Virus record (IMG/VR): IMGVR_UViG_3300028920_000094
Location: 1 to 50,721 of that record
Length of the DNA: 50,721 nucleotides
Reading direction: 5' to 3' (one strand)
Source of the DNA: a virus
Lineage: Duplodnaviria > Caudoviricetes
Position 1 is the stretch's first letter. Every line of letters begins with the position of its first letter. Position numbers and translations under genes: made by a program. A model generated the notes under the pieces. That model did not search any database, was not told the DNA's origin, and was given only the letters and a program-made list of their open reading frames with translations. Positions 10,024-19,479 of the stretch are shown here, one piece after another.

Positions 10024-11442
10024 ATGCGAGCCCCCGACTACACCCGCGACGGCATCGACCTCTACCTCGGGGACTGCCTCGACGTCCTCCCCGAGCTCGA
10101 CCCCGTCCCCACCATCCTCACCGACCCGCCCTACGGCCTCGGCTTCATGGGCAAGGAATGGGACCATGGGGTGCCTGGCATCCCCTTCTGGCAGGCCATG
10201 CCCCTGCTTCCTGGCGGGCATCTGCTGGCCTTCGGGGGCACCAGGACGTGGCATCGGCTATGGTCTGCCATCGAGGACGCGGGCTTCGAGCTCCGCGACA
10301 CCCTGATGTGGCTCCACGGCCAGGGCTTCCCCAAGAACCACAACATCTCCAAAGCCCTCGACAAGGCTGCCGGCGCACAACGCGAGGTGGTCGCTACTAT
10401 CCCCGACAGGTGGGCAGGTGCAGGCAATGTCCTATGCAGAGCGGGGCAAGCCCCGCGGCCGACTGCCGAGGTCACCGCCCCTGCGACGGCGGCGGCTGTG
10501 GTCTGGGACGGGTGGGGGACGGCACTCAAGCCCGCCTGGGAGCCGGTGGTCGTGGCCATGGCCCCCCTCGACGGCACCTACGCCGCAAACGCCCTCGCCC
10601 ACGGCGTCGCCGGCCTCCACATCGATGCCGCCCGAATCCCCACAGGGGAGGACTGCGCCAGGGGGCGCGCCGTGGTGGGCGACACACCGGCGGCCTTCGG
10701 TCGAGGCTACGCGATGGGAGGCAACGGCTCCCCCCACGGCCGCTGGCCTGCGAATCTCGCACTCGACCCCGTCGCCGCGCGGATGCTCGACGAGCAGAGC
10801 GGGGAAAGGCGGCCGGCAGGTGTGCATCGGGAGAGCGCGGGCAAGATAATTGACAACAAGGTCTTCGGACGCGGATTCCGAAGAACGGATGATGCCCTCT
10901 ATGACGACAGCGGGGGCGCAAGCCGCTTCTTCTACGTGGCGAAGGCATCAGGCGCTGACATCGGCCGCTGGCCTGCGAATCTCGCACTCGACCCCGCCGC
11001 CGCGCGGATGCTCGATGAGCAGAGCGGGGAACTCCACACCCACCCCGGCACGATGCGCAACGACGGCCAGCCCGGGTTCATGTGCTCGGGGCGCAGGGCA
11101 GGCGACGTGCTCAGCCACGGTGAGAAGGGGGGCGCGAGCCGCTTCTTCTACTGCGCCAAGGCCTCCCGCTCCGAGCGGGGGCAGGGCAACGACCACCCGA
11201 CCGTCAAGCCCCTCTCCCTGATGCGATGGCTGGTGCGGCTCACCGACACCCCGAGCCACGGCACCATCCTGGATCCGTTCGCGGGCAGCGGCACCACCCT
11301 GGAGGCGGCCTGGCTCGAGGGCCGGCCCGCCATCGGCATCGAGAGCGACGAGCATAACTTCGCCCTCGCCGTCGCACGCATCGACCGCGCCCTCGACGCC
11401 GCCGCCACCGCCGCCCCACTCTTCGCCGCCGCAGGAGGCTGA
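10024..11442 (+). CDS. DNA amino-methyltransferase (N6A/N4C, beta class)
   Basis: TDPPY, HPTVKP and DPFAGSGTT motifs. Confidence 0.92.
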   Translation: MRAPDYTRDGIDLYLGDCLDVLPELDPVPTILTDPPYGLGFMGKEWDHGVPGIPFWQAMPLLPGGHLLAFGGTRTWHRLWSAIEDAGFELRDTLMWLHGQGFPKNHNISKALDKAAGAQREVVATIPDRWAGAGNVLCRAGQAPRPTAEVTAPATAAAVVWDGWGTALKPAWEPVVVAMAPLDGTYAANALAHGVAGLHIDAARIPTGEDCARGRAVVGDTPAAFGRGYAMGGNGSPHGRWPANLALDPVAARMLDEQSGERRPAGVHRESAGKIIDNKVFGRGFRRTDDALYDDSGGASRFFYVAKASGADIGRWPANLALDPAAARMLDEQSGELHTHPGTMRNDGQPGFMCSGRRAGDVLSHGEKGGASRFFYCAKASRSERGQGNDHPTVKPLSLMRWLVRLTDTPSHGTILDPFAGSGTTLEAAWLEGRPAIGIESDEHNFALAVARIDRALDAAATAAPLFAAAGG

Positions 11443-11445
11443 GCC

Positions 11446-13536
11446 GTGCCGCAAATACAGGTTCCGCCCACCACCTCGCCCGGCACCGGCTCCATCTGGG
11501 ATATCCCACGCGAGCCGGTGTTCGTCCACATCCGAGCGGCCTGGGACGATGAGTGGCACGAGGTGGACTACCTCCAGCCCCTCGAGGTGGTGCGGGCCGC
11601 GGCCCCCACACTGTCGCAGGCCACCTTCCAATGGCGGGTGGGCTCGGTGCTCCAGCACGACGGCTCGACGTTCAACGTCGAGAGCAGGCAGGACTTGCTC
11701 AACTGCTTTGTCCGCATCTCCGTGGCCGCGAAATACGACCCCGACCTCCGGCCCCTCTGGTATGGGATCATCACCGACGAGGACTACCGGATCGGCGGCA
11801 GCCACGCGGGCGGAGGCTCCCACGCGGCGGGCACCCCGACACTCACCGACGGCCAGGCCTGGCAGCGCCTCCGCGCCTACGGCCTCGAACTCCTCCTCCA
11901 CCGCGCGACCATCGAGCATGGCTGGGTGCAAGAAGACGACAACGCGTTCGATGACTTCGGGGACACGACGGAGATCGGCTGGTGCCCGACGTTCAACCGC
12001 AAGGCGCCCTCGGGCTGGGGCCTGATGGGCAACCGAACCACCACGACCACCGCCGACGGCGGGTGGCCGAACGGCGTGCATGCATTCTCCCAAATCTCAG
12101 GGGCGACCTGGACCCCCGACGACATCATCCGATACCTGCTGATGCACTACGGCCCCACCACCGCCGCCTGCTCGGGGATGACCTGGAGCCTGGACACCAC
12201 GAACGTGAGCCTCGACAACGCGACGGGGGTTTACAAGCTGGACGGCTTGAACGTGGCGCAGGCACTCAACACTCTGATCGACCGCCGCCGAGGGCTCGGA
12301 TGGTGCCTCGACGTGGACGACGACGACGTGCGTGTGCGGGTGTTCAGTATGTTCGCCCACGACATCACGGTGGGCGGCACGACGCTGACAGGCAACGGAT
12401 CCTCGTGGGCAATCGTCATGGACAGCACGCCGAACATGTCCTGCGAGATCATCGGCCGCCGCACCCCCCGCGCCAGCTACCTCACGGTCTACGGATCGCG
12501 GGTCAAGAGCACCTTCACCGAATACCACGCGGCCGAGGGCGGAGCGTTCGAGAACGGATGGTCGAACACCGAGGAGACCGACTATCTCCAGACCATCTCC
12601 GACGACGCGCAGGAGACGAGCATCCACCGCGCCCGCCCCGAGTTCGAGCGGGTCTTCTGTTACTTCCGCATCAAGGACGACTGGGACTGGGAGCCCCTCG
12701 ATGGCGGCACCGCAGCCCCCACCGTCAACGCCGACGGCACCCTGGGCACGGGCGTCACCGCCAACGTGTGGATCGGCGGCAAGCGATTCCTCCGCCACCT
12801 CCCGTTCCTCGACACCACGGGCACCAACCAGGCCAGGTTCGAGACCCTGATGGCCTTTGCCCCCCACCCGCAGGACGCCGACAAATACGTCCGCCTCGAC
12901 AAGCCCCCCGAGCGGACGGTCGGGGACACCTACCCGACGATCCCCATCCTCCCCGCGGCGGGTGAGCTGGGGGTGCTCCTGCGAGCCAACCCCAACTACC
13001 TCCTCGCCGGCGGCGGCAACGTCGAGAGCAAACGCACCACACAGGCCGCGCCCTACCGCGTCAACGACCTCGTGTTCACCGTGTGCACGGAGACCGACGA
13101 GCGGATGCGAATCGAGGTCGACCTGGGCGCCAACTACGGCAGCGGCCCCCCCAACCACATCGTCATCTACGTGCCGGAGGCCGAGCTCTGGTACGTCAAC
13201 CAGGGCACGATCGACGGCATCGCCGAGGACGGCTCCCTGCACACCTATACGGGCAGCCAGACACCCCGCGACGACACGGATATGCTCGAGCGCGTCGCGG
13301 CCTACGCCTCCGCCTACTACGGCTGCGACCGCAACGCCGTGCGGATCGGCCTCGCGGGCATCGAAGCGGGCTTCGACGTGGGGCAACTCCTCGAGGCCGC
13401 CTACCACGACGACCCCACGGGCGGAGCCCCCATCGACACCGTGGTCACCGTGGTGATCTGGTCCCTCAGCGACAACCCGCCCACCACCCAGATCCAGACC
13501 GACCACGTGGCCTTCGACCCGAGGGCCGGCCTGTGA
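11446..13536 (+). CDS. Putative tail tip/hub protein
   Basis: 696 aa in the tail module; assigned by size and position. Confidence 0.55.
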   Translation: MPQIQVPPTTSPGTGSIWDIPREPVFVHIRAAWDDEWHEVDYLQPLEVVRAAAPTLSQATFQWRVGSVLQHDGSTFNVESRQDLLNCFVRISVAAKYDPDLRPLWYGIITDEDYRIGGSHAGGGSHAAGTPTLTDGQAWQRLRAYGLELLLHRATIEHGWVQEDDNAFDDFGDTTEIGWCPTFNRKAPSGWGLMGNRTTTTTADGGWPNGVHAFSQISGATWTPDDIIRYLLMHYGPTTAACSGMTWSLDTTNVSLDNATGVYKLDGLNVAQALNTLIDRRRGLGWCLDVDDDDVRVRVFSMFAHDITVGGTTLTGNGSSWAIVMDSTPNMSCEIIGRRTPRASYLTVYGSRVKSTFTEYHAAEGGAFENGWSNTEETDYLQTISDDAQETSIHRARPEFERVFCYFRIKDDWDWEPLDGGTAAPTVNADGTLGTGVTANVWIGGKRFLRHLPFLDTTGTNQARFETLMAFAPHPQDADKYVRLDKPPERTVGDTYPTIPILPAAGELGVLLRANPNYLLAGGGNVESKRTTQAAPYRVNDLVFTVCTETDERMRIEVDLGANYGSGPPNHIVIYVPEAELWYVNQGTIDGIAEDGSLHTYTGSQTPRDDTDMLERVAAYASAYYGCDRNAVRIGLAGIEAGFDVGQLLEAAYHDDPTGGAPIDTVVTVVIWSLSDNPPTTQIQTDHVAFDPRAGL

Positions 13537-13592
13537 CCGCTTGTTCCGAATGACGCGTGACGAATGACGAGTGACGCGTGAGAGGTTTTCCC

Positions 13593-14690
13593 ATGGACCA
13601 CCACCCCTACGTATCGGACCAGCAGACCGCCCGCACGCTCCAGGCCCTCGAAGCCGACGTGGCCGACCTCCGCGCACAGGTGGCCGACGCCCCCGCACGC
13701 ATCACCGTGCCAGGCGCCACGCGGGGATGGTTCCGAGCCCAAATCGTCGAGACCGCACCCGCGGGCCACTCCATCCCCGCCGACGAGCCGATCTACGCCG
13801 TCAAGGAGGTGAAGGGCAACAACGCCGTCGCGGACGGAGACAGCGAGACCTTCGCCTTCCGCACCAACCCCCGCCACGTGATGGCCACCAACACCGCCGA
13901 GCCCGAGGACAGCCACTCCCTCAACGAGGAGGACACGGCCGATGCCACCGGCCGCGTCATTGTCCAGGTGTTCGAGGACGTGGACGAGAACGCGTGGTCC
14001 AACACCACCCCCTCGGGGCCGCGCTTTTTTTTTTCACGGGGCGTAGCCTCCCGCTGGATCGAAATGGAGCCCAAGCGCGTCGCGGACGATGCCTCCAGCG
14101 CCGACATTCTCCTCGAGTACACGGGGGCCGGTGCCGAGGCGGCACACGCCAACGGCCTCTACGCCTTCTCCCTCGACGGCTCGAACAACGCGGAGGTATT
14201 CCCCGAGACGACGGTCGAGTTCCTCGTCGTCCTCGACGAGTTCCACGCCTACATCGAGGGCGGGGCGGCGGGCCAGGGCGAGTACGACATCTACACCGAC
14301 CTCATGGTCGACTGGATCGCCGGTGCCTGGAACATGGGCGTGACCTACGCCACGCAGCCCGCGTGCAACGTGGTGGCGGCCTACACCGCCCACGGCATCG
14401 CCAGCATCCAGGGGCATCTGCACGACGCTGACCTCTGGGAGACGGGGCTCGTGGACAACGGGGGGTCGGCCGACCGCACCCGGTTCCTGATTCAGAACGG
14501 CGACACGACGGAAGGGCTCACCGTGCCCGCCGACTGCTACGGCATCCGCCTCCGCCTCGCCGAGGGAGGCTTCGTGAGCCACGACAACCAGGACAATGTG
14601 CTCGTGAAGGTCACGCACCCCGACGTTTTCCCCTCGCTGCCCCGCGTCTACTACCGCAAATGCCCCGTCGGCCCCACCCACGTGTTCTAG
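13593..14690 (+). CDS. Putative tail tip/receptor-binding protein
   Basis: Last gene of the tail module, with a short N-terminal coiled coil. Confidence 0.45.
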   Translation: MDHHPYVSDQQTARTLQALEADVADLRAQVADAPARITVPGATRGWFRAQIVETAPAGHSIPADEPIYAVKEVKGNNAVADGDSETFAFRTNPRHVMATNTAEPEDSHSLNEEDTADATGRVIVQVFEDVDENAWSNTTPSGPRFFFSRGVASRWIEMEPKRVADDASSADILLEYTGAGAEAAHANGLYAFSLDGSNNAEVFPETTVEFLVVLDEFHAYIEGGAAGQGEYDIYTDLMVDWIAGAWNMGVTYATQPACNVVAAYTAHGIASIQGHLHDADLWETGLVDNGGSADRTRFLIQNGDTTEGLTVPADCYGIRLRLAEGGFVSHDNQDNVLVKVTHPDVFPSLPRVYYRKCPVGPTHVF

Positions 14691-14717
14691 GGAAGGGGGC
14701 GAACCGTCAAGAAAGAC

Positions 14718-14745
14718 TTGACACAAGAGCGGAAGCCGCTATAAT
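14718..14745 (+). promoter_or_regulatory. Sigma70-type promoter
   Basis: TTGACA-N16-TATAAT; the palindrome AGCGG-AAG-CCGCT (14728-14740) lies in the spacer. Confidence 0.8.
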
Positions 14746-14874
14746 AGAACGTAGAGGACAGCCTAGCGATAAACGAGAAGCTAGGGACACCCGACAGGAG
14801 GCCGGAGCGATGGGCTAGGGCACCCTACCAGCATTAACAACCCCAGGTAAGTTGCGGCGCTCACAGGCGCCGCC

Positions 14875-14914
14875 CACACCGCCGACCCGCCCACGGGTCG
14901 GCGGCTGTGGTTTA
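14875..14914 (+). terminator. Hairpin, probable intrinsic terminator
   Basis: CCGCCGACCCG-ccca-CGGGTCGGCGG, extended by CCACA/TGTGG, then TTT. Confidence 0.55.
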
Positions 14915-14962
14915 ACCCCCGACACAGGAGAAAAAAAAGATAAAAAAAAACGGATTCTCCCC

Positions 14963-14990
14963 TTGACATTTATACTTCTTGTGGTATAAT
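14963..14990 (+). promoter_or_regulatory. Sigma70-type promoter with extended -10
   Basis: TTGACA-N16-TATAAT with TGn, and an A-rich UP-like tract upstream. Confidence 0.85.
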
Positions 14991-15024
14991 ATAGACAGTC
15001 GGGGAGAGAGAAAAGGAGAGAGAG

Positions 15025-15345
15025 ATGAGCAAAGCGGCAAGCACGAAAGCGGCGGACGGGCTGACGGCCGTGGACATCCTGTGCGAGGCCACGATGAAGG
15101 CGGCGGCCGAGCTGCTCGCGATGGGCAAGTATCCCAAGCTCTCCGCTCGCCCCACGAACCTGCGAACCTCCCACATCGCCGGCGCGATGAGGCAGACCCT
15201 TAAGTGCAAGCTCTCCTACATAATGAAGGAGTGGAAAGAAGCCCTCGACGCGGGGCTCGGCAACGGCTGGCTCCGCAAGATGATCGGCACACAGGCCATC
15301 GAGTGTGCGACCGAAACCCTCGACATCTGCGAAGAAGAGCTCTAG
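15025..15345 (+). CDS. Hypothetical early protein
   Basis: RBS AAGGAG; first ORF after the promoter. Confidence 0.7.
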   Translation: MSKAASTKAADGLTAVDILCEATMKAAAELLAMGKYPKLSARPTNLRTSHIAGAMRQTLKCKLSYIMKEWKEALDAGLGNGWLRKMIGTQAIECATETLDICEEEL

Positions 15346-15379
15346 ACACCAAAACCAGGGGAGACGGAAGGAGCACGAG

Positions 15380-15868
15380 ATGTCAGCACGGTTCGAGGTG
15401 CACTACTCAGGCGTCGGCGACCACAACCGCGAGATCGTGGTGATGGAGGCGGCCGACACCCCCGAGCAGGCGATGGGGATGGTCCGCGGCTGGTTCGAGG
15501 AGGCGGAGAAGCAGGGCGCCGACCCCGCAGCCGCCGAGGTCGCCGCCGTCACGGCGGGCGAGATGCTCGGTGCCGTGATGCTCGACCTCCTCGAGCTCGC
15601 GGGCGTCGACGTGGACCAGGGCGATGCCCCGCAGTCCGCCGCCGACGCGGCGGCCTCCCTCATCGACGCCATCGTGGCCGACATCGAGCGCGAGGCCGAC
15701 GACGGCCTCCCCGCAGACCTCGACGACAACCTGGTCTGCACCCGCGCCGCGGGCTGCCCGACCTGCGGCAACCGACGCAAGGACGCCCTGGTCTGGCGCG
15801 AGGACGATACGCTCCGCTGCGAGCGATGCCAGACCGTCTACACGCCGACCGCCACAGCCAAAGCCTGA
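15380..15868 (+). CDS. Hypothetical protein with C-terminal Zn ribbon
   Basis: RBS AAGGAG; CPTC...CERC. Confidence 0.7.
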   Translation: MSARFEVHYSGVGDHNREIVVMEAADTPEQAMGMVRGWFEEAEKQGADPAAAEVAAVTAGEMLGAVMLDLLELAGVDVDQGDAPQSAADAAASLIDAIVADIEREADDGLPADLDDNLVCTRAAGCPTCGNRRKDALVWREDDTLRCERCQTVYTPTATAKA

Positions 15869-15900
15869 CACCAAACCAGGGGAGCAGGAAGGAGCACGGG

Positions 15901-16125
15901 ATGGGAACCACTAGAGAGCAGAGGGTCGAGGAGGCACGGATCGGGGCCGTCGTCGAGCAGATGCTCAGGGGCTACGGGCCACAGGAAGGCGAGACGGTGT
16001 CGTTCGACGCCACACTCGGCACCGAAGCCCCCGGCGACTGGACGCGCTTCGAGGATATCCCCATCGAGGCATCGGACATCCCGAAGGCCAAGCGGATCGT
16101 CGACGACCTCCTGAGCCAGGACTGA
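15901..16125 (+). CDS. Hypothetical protein
   Basis: RBS AAGGAG within a repeated leader. Confidence 0.65.
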   Translation: MGTTREQRVEEARIGAVVEQMLRGYGPQEGETVSFDATLGTEAPGDWTRFEDIPIEASDIPKAKRIVDDLLSQD

Positions 16126-16186
16126 CGCCCCGACCAGGGGGGATCGGTTACGAATCACGCATTACGAATTACGAATTGAGCCTCCC

Positions 16187-16414
16187 ATGCCCCCTCGCCG
16201 CCGCACAAGCCCCGTCGGCTCCCGCCTCGACACCGTCCTCCGCGAGCACGGCATCACCATCACCGCCCTCGCGGACCAGCTCCCGGCTCACCACTACCCC
16301 TATGTGTGGCGAACCGTCGCCGGGCGGCGCGAGATGACACGGTCGGAAGCGATCACCGTGTCATCCGCGCTCGCCCGGCTCGGCGTGACGGTGTCCTGGA
16401 AGTCCATCATCTGA
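16187..16414 (+). CDS. Small XRE/Cro-like HTH protein
   Basis: LREHGITITALADQL...VWRTVAGRREMT pattern. Confidence 0.6.
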   Translation: MPPRRRTSPVGSRLDTVLREHGITITALADQLPAHHYPYVWRTVAGRREMTRSEAITVSSALARLGVTVSWKSII

Positions 16415-16590
16415 GCGTGCAGCAGGTGGCAGGCCACCCGCGCGCGGGCTTCGAGCCACCCCTGCATCAGGAGGAGCACGATGCCCGCAGGCACCATGAG
16501 CACGGCCAGGCCGATCAGCGCCGCAGATCATACTAGCGCCCTGCGGGGGCTCCGTCAAGGGAAAACCGTCAAAAAAAAAGAATTTAATTA

Positions 16591-16618
16591 TTGACTTAAT
16601 CCGTCAGCGGAGTATAAT
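16591..16618 (+). promoter_or_regulatory. Sigma70-type promoter
   Basis: TTGACT-N16-TATAAT, AT-rich upstream; the spacer contains TCCG-tcag-CGGA. Confidence 0.8.
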
Positions 16619-16661
16619 GCGAGTGCGGAATCGGGAAACGGAACCTGTAGAGGAGCCTGAA

Positions 16662-16922
16662 ATGGACGAGCGGATGGGGCAAGCACTCGATGCTGCGGCG
16701 CGGAAGGACGGGCTTTTCGAGTGCAAGGGGGTGCTGCTCAGCTACGCGGCCACCCGCAAGGCGGTCGAGGCCGCCATCATCACGTCCAGGGAGCTCGGCG
16801 ACGTGGCCTGCGTGGACAACGTGATGCTCACACACGTGTTCGAGGAGCTCGACCTCGATGCGTTCGAGGCCACGCTCCGCGAGAAGCTGGTGTGCGACAG
16901 TGTGAAGCGGGGGGGGAGTTGA
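16662..16922 (+). CDS. Hypothetical protein
   Basis: RBS GAGGAG after the promoter. Confidence 0.65.
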   Translation: MDERMGQALDAAARKDGLFECKGVLLSYAATRKAVEAAIITSRELGDVACVDNVMLTHVFEELDLDAFEATLREKLVCDSVKRGGS

Positions 16923-17218
16923 TGGTCACACAGGCGCGCCACATGGTGATAGCAATGGTCAGTGGGATCATCTGTGTGGCAATCGTAGTTGGGGCCGCCA
17001 TCTGCATCGACTACCTCATCACCCCACACGGAGCACCCGCCGTCTGCCCCATCGTGGTCGTGGATGCCAACGGCATGCACTACCCCGCCCGCTGGGACCC
17101 GCCCCACCTCACCATCACCTGCCCCGACCTCCACACCGACCGCGTGCTGCTCTGCCGCATCGAGTTCTCGAACATCACCAGGAGCCTCCCCACACCGCCC
17201 GAGGAGCCCGCCCGATGA
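16922..17218 (+). CDS. Hypothetical membrane protein
   Basis: TGATG coupling; N-terminal hydrophobic segment. Confidence 0.6.
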   Translation: MVTQARHMVIAMVSGIICVAIVVGAAICIDYLITPHGAPAVCPIVVVDANGMHYPARWDPPHLTITCPDLHTDRVLLCRIEFSNITRSLPTPPEEPAR

Positions 17219-17610
17219 GTGAACGCCGCCACCTCCGCGTCGCACGCCTCGTCCCCACCGACTACGATGGCAGGGTCGTCGGCTGGATCGTGCACCAGAC
17301 CCACACGGGCGATCAGTTCGCCGCCGATGGCGACACCTACAAGCCCCACGGCAAAGACACCGTCCCCCTGGCATCCAAAGAATGCCCCGAAGTGCGAACC
17401 TCGGAGCCGCAGGGGATCTGCGTGGCGCTGATGCGGGGGCGGGACACGGGGTCGGCCAACGACCTGATGATCTTCGAGACGGAGGCGGACTGGGCGACCT
17501 TCGCCCGCAGCGTCGCGGAGTACAACCGCACCAACGGCGGAGAGTTCGACGGCGCGCCCGACGACGAGCCCCGCGAGGGCGACTGCCCGCTCATCCTGGC
17601 CGCCGAGTAG
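17215..17610 (+). CDS. Hypothetical protein
   Basis: ATGA overlap; codon bias. Confidence 0.65.
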   Translation: MSERRHLRVARLVPTDYDGRVVGWIVHQTHTGDQFAADGDTYKPHGKDTVPLASKECPEVRTSEPQGICVALMRGRDTGSANDLMIFETEADWATFARSVAEYNRTNGGEFDGAPDDEPREGDCPLILAAE

Positions 17611-17624
17611 AGGAGACCTCCCCC

Positions 17625-17840
17625 ATGCGCCGACACCTCACCATCAACGCACGCATCGTGCGAGCCAAGCCCCGCCGCAACTACCACGCGATCCGCACCG
17701 GCGTGAGTGCCCTCGGCGCCCGCCTCCCAGGCCGCACGCCCAAGGACATCGCGATCGAGGCTCTCCTCGAGCTCGCCGACCCGGCGGCCGTCGTCGACCA
17801 CGTCCGCCGCCACATCGAGGCCCGAAAGGTCAAAGCCTGA
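17625..17840 (+). CDS. Small basic hypothetical protein
   Basis: RBS GAGGAG. Confidence 0.55.
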   Translation: MRRHLTINARIVRAKPRRNYHAIRTGVSALGARLPGRTPKDIAIEALLELADPAAVVDHVRRHIEARKVKA

Positions 17841-18042
17841 TGCCACCTGAACCACGGCCGAGCAGGCCCCGCCCGCCAGAGCCACCGCCCTCCCAGGGAC
17901 ACCGCTCGGCCTGTACCACCACACCAGAGCCCCGCCTCTGGATATGCCTGCGCCCCACTGCGGGCTATGGCGAAAGCCCCGTGGCCATAGCAACGGCGCT
18001 TTTCGGACAGTTTGTCTCACACCCGCCGTCGAGGCGAATCAC

Positions 18043-18432
18043 ATGACACAAAACCTCGATGAGGCGAGGCTGGGGCCGGGGACACACGCCAACGCCCTCG
18101 ACCGCAGGCTCCACGAGCTCGCGGTCGAGGGCCTGCCCATCCCCATCGACGAGGTCGAGGCCTACCACACCGCCCTCACCCGCCTGGCCAACGCGGAGGA
18201 GACGGTGCACAGCGCCCACGAGATGCTCGACGCCGTGGGCGTGGTTCGCCACGACCCCGTCGCCGGGCACCTGAGCCTCCTCCCCCGCCTCGGCCACCTC
18301 ATCGCCGAGCACCGCAGGCTGCGTGCCGACATCGACAAGGCTCGCGGCGAGCTGGCCAACCTCTACGCCTCGATCTTCACGAGTGAGTTCGGCCTGGGCG
18401 GTGCCGCCGCCCCCGACGTGGCCACCGCATAA
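18043..18432 (+). CDS. Hypothetical protein
   Basis: Codon-biased ORF ending AAAPDVATA. Confidence 0.6.
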   Translation: MTQNLDEARLGPGTHANALDRRLHELAVEGLPIPIDEVEAYHTALTRLANAEETVHSAHEMLDAVGVVRHDPVAGHLSLLPRLGHLIAEHRRLRADIDKARGELANLYASIFTSEFGLGGAAAPDVATA

Positions 18433-18446
18433 GAGGACCATGTGCT

Positions 18447-18734
18447 ATGACGCGAATTGCTGCACTCATCGAGCTCCGCCGCCTCGCAATAAGGGGCGAC
18501 GAGAAGGCCAAGGCTATCCTGCCCCCTGTCATCTGGCGTGTCCTCCCGCACATCCTGGAGGCGGCCCAAAAGTACAGTTGGCTCGGCGAGAGCGTGGTCG
18601 AGGATAGCGGCGACTACTGCAATAGGGCAGCGGACGCCGTGGACGACACCGAATGGCTCCGCGCCGAGGTCGCCTCCCCACTCGACCTCACCGACACCGC
18701 GGACGCCGCCGCCCCCGACGTGGCCACAGCATGA
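18447..18734 (+). CDS. Hypothetical protein
   Basis: ORF ending AAAPDVATA. Confidence 0.55.
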   Translation: MTRIAALIELRRLAIRGDEKAKAILPPVIWRVLPHILEAAQKYSWLGESVVEDSGDYCNRAADAVDDTEWLRAEVASPLDLTDTADAAAPDVATA

Positions 18735-18747
18735 AAGGAGTGCCGGC

Positions 18748-19230
18748 GTGAATCGCAGAGCGGTGATGGTCGTTGTGGAGGACACACAGTGGACAGTGGT
18801 TGCCACGGGAGTGCACCTGTCCTACGAGATGCCATACATCGCCGAGTTCTGGCGGCAACTCGCGGTCCAGCTCGAATTGCCCGACCCGCAGACCACGTGC
18901 CTAGGCTGCTCGGACGATGTGCTGGGCGCACAGAGCGAGGCCAACGACCTCCAGGCCAAGCTCCTGACGGCCGAGCAGGGCATCCAGGCCCGCGACGGTG
19001 AGAGCGCACGGCTCGAAGCCGCCCTCGAAGCGGCGAACAACGATGCCCTCCGGTGGCGCGACGCGGCGGCACAGAGGATGGAACAAAATACAACGGTCGC
19101 GGAGATGCTACGAAAGTGCAAGGCCCGGGTGAGGGCGGCCGAGCAGGCCCGCAACCAGGCAATGAGCCAGGCAGGCCATCACGCCAACACCCTCGACGCC
19201 ATCCGAGCCGCCCTCGCAGGCGACGAATGA
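18748..19230 (+). CDS. Coiled-coil hypothetical protein
   Basis: RBS AAGGAG, GTG start. Confidence 0.6.
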   Translation: MNRRAVMVVVEDTQWTVVATGVHLSYEMPYIAEFWRQLAVQLELPDPQTTCLGCSDDVLGAQSEANDLQAKLLTAEQGIQARDGESARLEAALEAANNDALRWRDAAAQRMEQNTTVAEMLRKCKARVRAAEQARNQAMSQAGHHANTLDAIRAALAGDE

Positions 19231-19248
19231 CGCGTGAAAGGAACCCTC

Positions 19249-19479
19249 ATGCCACGTAGTACCTATCAGATCGTCCCTGAGGGATGGCCGTGTTCCTATG
19301 AGGACTGCCCGCCCGGCCTGTTCATGGTCGACGGCACGCTCTGCTGCAAGACAGAATACAGCGACCAGTCCCCCTTTGTCTGCGAGAGCGGGGAAATCTT
19401 CTGGGGCGGCACCGACACCACCGACGACAGGAACGCTCTCGAGGTACAGCCCGTCCGCGTCATCTCCGTGGCGGTCTAG
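19249..19479 (+). CDS. Hypothetical protein
   Basis: RBS AAGGA; acidic and Cys-containing. Confidence 0.6.
   Translation: MPRSTYQIVPEGWPCSYEDCPPGLFMVDGTLCCKTEYSDQSPFVCESGEIFWGGTDTTDDRNALEVQPVRVISVAV

Noticed and set aside
4731-13698. Long minus-strand ORFs (e.g. 4731-6611, 6907-8703, 8186-9991, 12097-13698)
   Set aside because: Antisense shadows of GC-rich + strand genes, with no recognisable motifs.
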